This document shows, piece after piece, positions 19,564 to 26,398 of a stretch of DNA of 26,398 nt. Each line of letters starts with the position of its first letter. Position 1 is the stretch's first letter. The position numbers were made by a program, and so were the translations under genes. Source of the stretch: a virus (taxonomy: Duplodnaviria > Caudoviricetes); IMG/VR virus record IMGVR_UViG_3300031785_000048, positions 1-26,398 of that record; one strand, 5' to 3'. Under the pieces are notes generated by a model that was given only the letters and a program-made list of their open reading frames with translations, did not search any database and was not told the origin of the DNA.

Positions 19564-21714
19564 ATGGCAGCCGCTGTTATTCAGTTTAAACGAGGTACGT
19601 ATGCAGGACTTCCTGCACTAAATGCGGGTGAACCAGGGTTTTCAACTGACAAATACGATTTTTTTATAGGTTTAGACGGAACTTCTGGAGGCAATAAATT
19701 CTTAGGAGCGTCAAGATATTGGACTAGAGAAGACGGTATAGATTCGTTACGACTAAACTTAGTAGATAGAGACGGAACAAATAGAATTGCATTAAGAGCA
19801 CCGAATACGTTAGCAGGTGTTACAACATACGTTTTTCCTGCCACACCAGTTGCAGGAGGTCTACTTCAATCAGATGCTACTGGTACTCTTTCATGGTCTA
19901 GTTCATTAGGTAATGGAGAATTTAGTAGTCTTTATGTAACAGGTTTATCAACTTTCCAAGGTGCTGCAAAAGTTACTTCTAATATTGATTCATCTGATAA
20001 AGATACAGGTTCATTAGTATTAGAAGGTGGTCTTGGTGTAGAACTAGCAACAAATATTGGTTCTAACTTAAGAGTTGGTGGTATTGGTACATTTATTGGT
20101 GCGTTAAACGTTGATGATACCTCTCCTTCATCTTCATCTGCAACAGGTGCTTTAGTTGTTGATGGTGGTGCAGGAATTGCAAGAGACTTATATGTTGGTG
20201 CAGGATTAAGTGTTACTGGAATTACAACATTTGCTAGTACACAACAAACAAATGCTGCAGGAACAGGTGCTGTAGATATTAAAGGTGGTTTAAGTGTAGG
20301 ACAGAACGCATATATTGGTGCAGGTTTAAGTGTTACTGGTACATCAACACTACAGGGAACTGCATCACTTAATGGTAACGTAAATCTTGGTAATGCTGAG
20401 ACAGACGTTATTACTATAAATGCAGATATTTCAGGAGACATTTTACCAGAAACTGATAATACCTTTAATCTTGGTGATCAGTCTGCAGGTAAGACATTTG
20501 CTAATGCTAGTTTAAGTGGTATTGTTACTGCTACAAATGGTGGTGACTTTGGAACAGTTCAAATTGGAGTAACTTCATCTCGTACAATTTACTCAGATAA
20601 TGGTCCTTTAATTCTTGATGCCCAGAACAATAATGTTGTTACTGATGCAGATCATCTTGTTCAAGGAACTCAAACTGTAACTGGTAATGCTAATGTTAAT
20701 GGTAGTTCAACTATTAACTCAGTTCAGATTGGTGTTGCTGATGCTACTACAATTAATACATCTGCAGGAAATCTAAAATTAGATGCTGCTACTAACACAA
20801 TCGATGTTACTGCACAGCAAAATGTAACAGGAATGTCTACATTTACCAACGGTATTACTGTAGCAGGTGGTGTTGGTAAAGGTGCTTTGGTTGGTAATAT
20901 CGGAATCGGCACAATAGATAATCAGACAATTAGCACAAACTCAGGAGATTTAAAACTAAGAGCTGCTACTGGATCTGATGCTGTAAGAGTTTTATCAGAC
21001 TTGATTGTTACTGGACAGATTAACGGTACTATTTCAGGTTCTATATCAACTTCACAAAGATCAAGTTCTATAGACGTTAGTTCTGTTTCAGATTCAAACG
21101 ACAGATTCCTAACATTCTCAAATGCATCAGCAGGAGATTTAGCATCAACAGGTCTTGGACAGACCATGTTCGTTGATCCACAACTTAAGTATAATGCAAA
21201 CTCAGACACATTAACAACTCCTAATCTTACAGTAGGAGCAATTAAGGCATCTGATGGTAGCAGTGCGATGAGTCTCTCTGATACTACTGGTAACGTAAGT
21301 TTCGCAAGTAGTGTTACTGTTACTGGAGATATAACAGTATTAGGTTCTCAGTTTATTGTTAATACAGAAGCATTAAAAGTTGAAGATCCAATAATTGAAC
21401 TTGGACTTGTTAATAGTGGAGGAAACTTAGTAGCACCAACAACAGATAATAACCTTGATGTTGGTATGATTATGCACTACTATACAGGAGGTGCTGCGAA
21501 GACTGCTGCTGTATATTGGGATGACTCTGCTGCAAGAGTTGCAGTTGCATCATCTGTTACTGAGAACTCAAATGTAATGACAGAAATTGTTTACGCAAAC
21601 TTTGAAGTTGGTGGATTATGGGTTAACGATGCTGCAGGACAGTCTGCTATAATAAGTCACGATGGTAGTAATAGAATTTTATCAAACGTAACCGTTGACG
21701 GGGGTTCGTTCTAA
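19564..21714 (+). CDS. Tail/collar fibre protein with Mtd_N-like N-terminal domain (716 aa)
   Basis: N-terminus IQFKRGT...LNAGEPGFSTDKYDFFIG resembles the major tropism determinant N-terminal domain. TGALVVDGGAGI-type beta repeats; distal GDITVLGSQFIVNTEALKVEDPIIELG...AAVYWDDS fibre motif. Confidence 0.8.
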   Translation: MAAAVIQFKRGTYAGLPALNAGEPGFSTDKYDFFIGLDGTSGGNKFLGASRYWTREDGIDSLRLNLVDRDGTNRIALRAPNTLAGVTTYVFPATPVAGGLLQSDATGTLSWSSSLGNGEFSSLYVTGLSTFQGAAKVTSNIDSSDKDTGSLVLEGGLGVELATNIGSNLRVGGIGTFIGALNVDDTSPSSSSATGALVVDGGAGIARDLYVGAGLSVTGITTFASTQQTNAAGTGAVDIKGGLSVGQNAYIGAGLSVTGTSTLQGTASLNGNVNLGNAETDVITINADISGDILPETDNTFNLGDQSAGKTFANASLSGIVTATNGGDFGTVQIGVTSSRTIYSDNGPLILDAQNNNVVTDADHLVQGTQTVTGNANVNGSSTINSVQIGVADATTINTSAGNLKLDAATNTIDVTAQQNVTGMSTFTNGITVAGGVGKGALVGNIGIGTIDNQTISTNSGDLKLRAATGSDAVRVLSDLIVTGQINGTISGSISTSQRSSSIDVSSVSDSNDRFLTFSNASAGDLASTGLGQTMFVDPQLKYNANSDTLTTPNLTVGAIKASDGSSAMSLSDTTGNVSFASSVTVTGDITVLGSQFIVNTEALKVEDPIIELGLVNSGGNLVAPTTDNNLDVGMIMHYYTGGAAKTAAVYWDDSAARVAVASSVTENSNVMTEIVYANFEVGGLWVNDAAGQSAIISHDGSNRILSNVTVDGGSF
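19984..20360 (+). repeat. Three tandem ~40-aa repeats in the fibre (TG[AS][LV]xxxGGxx[VI]...[VI]GxxLxVxG)
   Basis: DNA 20191-20220 and 20311-20340 match at 27 of 30 positions, a 120-nt period. Confidence 0.85.
20551..20985 (+). repeat. Second fibre repeat family, three copies ([VI]xIG...TI....G.L.L.A)
   Basis: GTVQIGVTSSRTIYSDNGPLILDA (20551), NSVQIGVADATTINTSAGNLKLDA (20716), GNIGIGTIDNQTISTNSGDLKLRA (20893). Confidence 0.8.
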
Positions 21715-21717
21715 TAG

Positions 21718-21725
21718 TATAAATA
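21718..21725 (+). promoter_or_regulatory. T4 late promoter TATAAATA
   Basis: Exact consensus between the fibre stop (21714) and the ATG at 21746. Confidence 0.85.
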
Positions 21726-21745
21726 ATACAACTGAATAATTAGTA

Positions 21746-22051
21746 ATGCCAAATAATGAATTGGATTATCAGGTTTTGTTGGCAACTTACCAACGAAAAT
21801 CTGCGGATTTACTCGCTCAAGTAATAGCACTTGAAGCAAGAGTAGGACAAAATAATAATACTATAGAAGCACTCAATAAACAGGTTAATGACTTGCTTAA
21901 AGAGTTAGAACATGCAAAAGAAGTTGTAGTAGAATTAAAAAGAGCAGAGCAGAAAAGAGCAGAAGAAGAAGAGAATTTAGACACTGTTTCTAAAGCAAAG
22001 CAAAAAACTAAATCGAAAACAATAAATAGTGTGGATGAAGGAGATTTCTAA
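21746..22051 (+). CDS. Coiled-coil protein (101 aa) upstream of gp13
   Basis: Continuous heptads (LLAQVIALEARV...IEALNKQVNDLLKELEHAK). Has its own late promoter and occupies the wac/fibritin position of T4. Confidence 0.8.
   Translation: MPNNELDYQVLLATYQRKSADLLAQVIALEARVGQNNNTIEALNKQVNDLLKELEHAKEVVVELKRAEQKRAEEEENLDTVSKAKQKTKSKTINSVDEGDF
22021..22028 (+). promoter_or_regulatory. Late promoter AATAAATA for gp13, embedded in the upstream ORF
   Basis: NATAAATA match 26 nt before the gp13 ATG, followed by an AAGGAG Shine-Dalgarno at 22038-22043. Confidence 0.7.
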
Positions 22052-22054
22052 CTA

Positions 22055-22888
22055 ATGGCAAAGCCCACCACCAAACAAGAGTTAATAGATCATTGCTTAA
22101 GAAAACTTGGTGCACCTGTTCTTGAAATTAATGTATCAGATGAACAACTTGATGATATAGTAGATGATGCAGTTCAATATTTTAATGAAAGACACTTTGA
22201 TGGTGTCGAGAGGATGTATTTAAAATATAAAATTACGCAAGAAGATATTGATAGAGGACAAGCAGATCCTCTGACTTCTAATACCACTGGAATAGTAAGC
22301 ACAACAGCAACTAGTGGTGGATTTAGTAATACATGGTATGAAAATTCAAACTTTATAAATTGCCCAGATTCTGTAATTGGTGTAGAAAAGGTATTTAAGT
22401 TTGATACTAGTTCTATATCTGGTGGTATGTTTAGTATCAAATATCAGTTATTTTTGAATGATTTGTATTTCTTCAACTCAGTTGAATTATTACAATATTC
22501 AATGACAAAAAGATATTTGGAAGATATTGATTTTCTACTTACAACTGATAAACAAATAAGATTTAATAAAAGACAAGATAGATTATACCTTGATATTGAT
22601 TGGAAATCTCAAGCTGTGAATCAATTTATTGTCCTTGATTGTTATAGAGCATTAGATCCCGAAAACTTTAGTCAAATTTATAATGATAGTTTTTTAAAAA
22701 GATATTGCACTGCAATGATCAAGAAACAATGGGGACAAAATTTAATTAAATTTAGAGGAGTAAAATTACCTGGTGGAATAGAATTTAATGGTAGAGAAAT
22801 CTATCAGGATGGTGTTGAGGAAGTTAATGCAATTAGAGAACAAATGTCATCAACTTACGAATTACCTCCATTAGATATGATAGGGTAG
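22055..22888 (+). CDS. gp13: Neck protein (head-tail adaptor), T4 gp13-like (277 aa)
   Basis: ELIDHCLRKLGAPVLEINV, HFDG, KKQWGQNLIKFRGVKLPGGIEFNG, ELPPLDMIG: hallmark gp13 motifs. Confidence 0.95.
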   Translation: MAKPTTKQELIDHCLRKLGAPVLEINVSDEQLDDIVDDAVQYFNERHFDGVERMYLKYKITQEDIDRGQADPLTSNTTGIVSTTATSGGFSNTWYENSNFINCPDSVIGVEKVFKFDTSSISGGMFSIKYQLFLNDLYFFNSVELLQYSMTKRYLEDIDFLLTTDKQIRFNKRQDRLYLDIDWKSQAVNQFIVLDCYRALDPENFSQIYNDSFLKRYCTAMIKKQWGQNLIKFRGVKLPGGIEFNGREIYQDGVEEVNAIREQMSSTYELPPLDMIG

Positions 22889-22893
22889 GATAA

Positions 22894-25800
22894 ATGCCAT
22901 TAAATCCATTCTTCCTTCAAGGATCTGCATCAGAACAAAGACTTGTACAAGATCTCGTCAACGAACAGTTGAGGATGTTTGGTATTGAGGTATATTACTT
23001 ACCTAGAGAAATAATAAGTAGAAAAACAGTTTTTCAAGAAATACAATCTTCAGAATTTGATGATAATTATTTAATCGAAGCATATGTAAACACATATGAG
23101 GGGTACACTGGTGGTGGAGATGTATTAACTAAATTTGGTATGCAACTCAAGGATGAATTGGTTGTAACTATATCTAAGGAAAGATGGGAAGATTATATTG
23201 CACCATTCTTAGCAATGGGAGATGCATATGAAACAGAACTCGCACATAGACCTAGAGAAGGAGATTTAATATATTTTCCATTAGGTGGTAGATTCTTTGA
23301 AGTAAAATTTGTAGAACATGAAAACCCATTCTATCAATTACAAAAGAATTACGTTTATGAACTTCAGTGCGAACTATTTGAATATGAAAATGAGGTTATT
23401 GATACTGATATAGCTGAAATTGATGAGAGAACATCAAATGTTGGAGAGATAATAAGTCTTAAGATGGTTGGTTACGGAAATACTGCTGTCCTCGGAGTTG
23501 ATATGACAAGAGGTTATATAAGAGAGATATTCTTAAATGATCAAGGATATAATTATAGTTCAACACCAACAGTAACATTTTCACCACCAATCAGTGGTAG
23601 AACTGCAACTGCTGTTGCAATTACAACCTCTATAGGAGGTGCAAGATCCGTAAAAGAAATTGTATTGACTGATGCAGGTGAAGGATATAGAGAACCACCC
23701 ACAGTTACGATTAGTGGTGGTGGGGGAGTTGGAGCTGCTGCAACTGTAGGTATAGAATCCTTCAGACAAGGTGTAAGTAGAGCAATTGTTCTTTCTTCTG
23801 GAGATGGGTATACAGATGTTCCTGTAGTAACTTTTGGAAGTCCCACATTTACAGGAGCAACAGGTTCGGCAGTAGTATCAAATAATATTGTTAATAGTAT
23901 AGTATTAAGCGATGGTGGAAGTAATTATGACCCAGATAGAAAGATAGGTGTTACAATAGATCCTCCAACTGGCAGTGGATTTGTACAAGCAACAGCAAAT
24001 ACAGCAATTGGTAATGGTAAATTAGTAAGTCTTTCAGTCAATAATGCAGGTATAGGTTATAGTGTAGAACCTGCTGTGACGATAGATGCTCCTACTGGAG
24101 TTGGATCTACTGCAGTTGTCACTGCTACAATAAATGCTAATGAAAATGTTGAAACTTTATCTATCGCATCTTCAGGACAGTTCTATGTTGGAAATCCAAT
24201 ATTAACTATAGATGCTCCAACTGGAATAGCATCTACAGCAACTGCAAATACAACCTTTACCTCAAATTCTGGTTTATCTACATTCACTTATAGTTTAACT
24301 AGTCCAGGTAGATATTATCTAAGTCAACCAACACTTACTATAAAATATCTTGCATTATCTGCAGGATTTGATGCAACCTCTCCAAAATATGGCACAGTAG
24401 CATGGAAGTTAATTAATGCTGATAATGATAGGAATTTAACATGGAATGGAAATCAAACTACCATTGATCAAGAGGGTTCAGTTCAATTATACTTCAAAGC
24501 ACAAAGTTCTAATGTAGGTTTTTCAACGATCTTAGAATTAAATAAAGTATCTAATGGTGGAGAAGATGTTACTTTAGGAATTAATACTTTAGGAAGAGTT
24601 GAATTAGGTATTGGAACTGTATCCATCGCTTCAACCACTGGAGAAATTAGTGCATTTACCCCAAATGTTGGTGTTGCTGACAGTTTAAGACCAAATGGAT
24701 CATATACTATAACTAACGCTACGGGTAATGCATCTGGATACGGTGCTGAGTTTGATGTTGATGTTTCTTCTGATGGTACACCAACAGTTACATTAGTATC
24801 TGGTGGTACAAATTACTACTCCTCTGAGACGATAACAATTGCTGATTCATCACTTGGTGGGGGTGGTGCTCCTGATGTCGTCTTAACAGTTACTGGTATT
24901 ACTTTTGCATCTGTAAGAGATGATGCTTGGCATTATGTTTATGTAGAAAGTAAAAATCAATTTGGTTCTCAATTAACTTCTCTATATCTGGATGGAAACT
25001 TTGAAGATAGCACTAGTTTTGCATTAGCAGGAGATAAACCATTAATAACTAATGCTAATTTAACTCCACCAGTTCTTAAAAACTCATATAACACTGGTAT
25101 TCTTGTAGATGACATATATTCAACCAATGTTCTTTCTGGTATTGGTTCATATGTTCCATTAAGTGGTGTATCAACTCTTGGAGTAACTACACTATCATCT
25201 ACAATAACCTATGATGATTTTGAAAATGTAATTGGTACTGAACAAGAAATAAGCATCAATGCTAATATTGAAAATGGAGAAGTTGTTTCTCTTGATAATA
25301 GTAGCACTACTCTAACAGGTATAGTAACTGCCTTAATCTCTGCAGTTATAGATGCTCCATTAGGTGTTGCAACTAACTTTAGAGCAACTGGAACTGCAAC
25401 AATTAGCGAAGGATTTGTCAATTCAGTTTCTATAGCATCATCTGGTGCAGGATATCTAACAACACCTAACGTAGCAGTTAGCAGTGCAACTGGATCCCCT
25501 TCTCAATTTACAGCAACTGGTAGAGCAAAAATAAATGGTTTCGGACAGATAAGTGAGTTTGAAATATTATCAATGGGAGGAGGATATTTGCTTGCTCCTG
25601 GTGTTACTATTGATCCACCACTTGGACAAACAGCAGAGGGATTTGCAAACGTTGGTCTTGATGGAGAGATTGATAGTGTAACATTTACTAAGATAGGTGT
25701 TGGATACACAACTCCACCTACTGTAGGTTTTTCTAATACTATTGGAGACAGGGATGGAGAATCTGGATTCTCAACTGCCACTGGTACGATAGTTCTTGAT

Positions 25801-26223
25801 AATAATCAAAACAATATCTTACGTGTTAACATGACAAATCCAGGTGCAGGTTATCTTGGACCTTGCACTGTATTGGTAGAAGATCCTGCAGCAATAGCAG
25901 GAAACGCAGGAGTTGGAACATTCTGGTTTAATGAAGTGGTTCTTGGTGAAGATTCCTTGATAAGAGCAAGAGTTAAGAACTGGGATCAAGAAGAGGGAGT
26001 TCTGCAAATTGGTCAAGAAAATGGTAAATTCTTTGTGGGAGAGAAGATTATTGGACAATCATCTGGTGCTATATACATTTTAGATAAGTATATGTTACTC
26101 TCTGAAGTACCTGCAGCAGGTTCAGTTCAGAATATAGATAATTATGATCAAAATGATTTATTTGAAGGAGAAGCAGATATGATCTTAGATTTTACAGAAG
26201 TTAACCCATTTGGTGAAGTTTAA
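22894..26223 (+). CDS. gp14: Neck protein (head closure), T4 gp14-like, with a large internal insertion (1109 aa)
   Basis: N-terminal EQRLVQDLVNEQLRMFGIEVYYLPR, RPREGDLIYFPL, FEVKFVEHENPFYQL, YELQCELFEY; C-terminal ILDFTEVNPFG. Lies between gp13 and gp15. Confidence 0.92.
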   Translation: MPLNPFFLQGSASEQRLVQDLVNEQLRMFGIEVYYLPREIISRKTVFQEIQSSEFDDNYLIEAYVNTYEGYTGGGDVLTKFGMQLKDELVVTISKERWEDYIAPFLAMGDAYETELAHRPREGDLIYFPLGGRFFEVKFVEHENPFYQLQKNYVYELQCELFEYENEVIDTDIAEIDERTSNVGEIISLKMVGYGNTAVLGVDMTRGYIREIFLNDQGYNYSSTPTVTFSPPISGRTATAVAITTSIGGARSVKEIVLTDAGEGYREPPTVTISGGGGVGAAATVGIESFRQGVSRAIVLSSGDGYTDVPVVTFGSPTFTGATGSAVVSNNIVNSIVLSDGGSNYDPDRKIGVTIDPPTGSGFVQATANTAIGNGKLVSLSVNNAGIGYSVEPAVTIDAPTGVGSTAVVTATINANENVETLSIASSGQFYVGNPILTIDAPTGIASTATANTTFTSNSGLSTFTYSLTSPGRYYLSQPTLTIKYLALSAGFDATSPKYGTVAWKLINADNDRNLTWNGNQTTIDQEGSVQLYFKAQSSNVGFSTILELNKVSNGGEDVTLGINTLGRVELGIGTVSIASTTGEISAFTPNVGVADSLRPNGSYTITNATGNASGYGAEFDVDVSSDGTPTVTLVSGGTNYYSSETITIADSSLGGGGAPDVVLTVTGITFASVRDDAWHYVYVESKNQFGSQLTSLYLDGNFEDSTSFALAGDKPLITNANLTPPVLKNSYNTGILVDDIYSTNVLSGIGSYVPLSGVSTLGVTTLSSTITYDDFENVIGTEQEISINANIENGEVVSLDNSSTTLTGIVTALISAVIDAPLGVATNFRATGTATISEGFVNSVSIASSGAGYLTTPNVAVSSATGSPSQFTATGRAKINGFGQISEFEILSMGGGYLLAPGVTIDPPLGQTAEGFANVGLDGEIDSVTFTKIGVGYTTPPTVGFSNTIGDRDGESGFSTATGTIVLDNNQNNILRVNMTNPGAGYLGPCTVLVEDPAAIAGNAGVGTFWFNEVVLGEDSLIRARVKNWDQEEGVLQIGQENGKFFVGEKIIGQSSGAIYILDKYMLLSEVPAAGSVQNIDNYDQNDLFEGEADMILDFTEVNPFGEV
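23512..25887 (+). repeat. About 11-12 copies of a ~40-aa beta repeat ([VI]xx[IV]x[LI]xxxGxGYxxxPxVT[IF]) in gp14
   Basis: Seven copies before (e.g. NDQGYNYSSTPTVTF, TDAGEGYREPPTVTI, NNAGIGYSVEPAVTI) and four clear copies after (e.g. ASSGAGYLTTPNVAV, TKIGVGYTTPPTVGF) a central non-repeat block. Confidence 0.85.
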
Positions 26224-26398
26224 TGTTAGGAAGTCATTACTACCACGAAATAATGCGAAAGACCATTGTATCTTTCGGAACATTATTCAATCAAATTTAT
26301 CTTAAGCATTATGATGGACAGACGGGTAATGTTATTGATGAAATGAGAGTTCCATTAGCATATGCTCCAAGACAGAAATTTTTAGCAAGATTAACACA
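26223..26398 (+). CDS. gp15: Tail sheath stabilizer / tail completion protein, T4 gp15-like (3'-truncated)
   Basis: Not in the ORF track. TAATG overlap with the gp14 stop; translates MLGSHYYHEIMRKTIVSFGTLFNQI...RVPLAYAPRQKFLARL, the gp15 N-terminal signature. Open to the window end. Confidence 0.92.
   Translation, partial: MLGSHYYHEIMRKTIVSFGTLFNQIYLKHYDGQTGNVIDEMRVPLAYAPRQKFLARLT

Noticed and set aside
19564-21714. Diversity-generating retroelement suggested by the Mtd_N-like domain
   Set aside because: No reverse transcriptase and no ~100-nt template/variable repeat pair differing only at adenines seen in the window; the fibre lacks a C-type-lectin-like C-terminus.
23512-25887. Intein or intron explaining the oversized gp14 (and gp7)
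   Set aside because: Reading frames are uninterrupted, no C...HN[CST] splice junctions or LAGLIDADG/HNH/GIY-YIG motifs were seen, and the inserts are structural repeats.
728-26058. Short minus-strand ORFs (e.g. 8204-8572, 12417-12770, 19932-20441, 25503-25781) and plus-strand 8101-8289
   Set aside because: They overlap well-supported plus-strand genes. Most minus-strand ones are P/T/V/S-rich mirror translations expected from the codon bias of G/T/V-rich genes, with no recognisable motifs.
1-26398. CRISPR array, tRNA, rho-independent terminators
   Set aside because: Intergenic gaps are at most 76 nt, with no spaced direct repeats, cloverleaf or GC-rich stem followed by a U tract.

Overview
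AT-rich (roughly one-third G+C by eye), gene-dense, all plus-strand segment of the virion structural module of a T4-like marine myovirus, most like the large cyanophages (P-SSM2/S-SM2 style; the host cannot be read from this window). Gene order: 5'-truncated giant baseplate wedge initiator (gp7-like), gp8 baseplate wedge, 2363-aa VrlC/DUF4815-like tail protein, three small putative virion genes, a 716-aa fibre with an Mtd_N-like N-terminus, a coiled-coil protein, neck gp13, a much enlarged neck gp14 (1109 aa), and the 5' end of gp15. Six T4-type late promoter boxes (NATAAATA/ACTAAATA) lie upstream of gene starts. No RNA genes, CRISPR array, intron, intein or mobile element is evident. Most notable observations: (i) a G-[IVLF]-x-[TS] peptide motif recurs throughout proteins of unrelated folds, suggesting a virion-wide modification sequon; (ii) domains are nested inside other domains in both gp14 and gp7; (iii) three consecutive genes end in the same D-[GE]-G-x-[FW] motif; (iv) the VrlC-like protein carries a seven-arginine run. 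Family assignments come from recalled motifs and gene order, not database searches.
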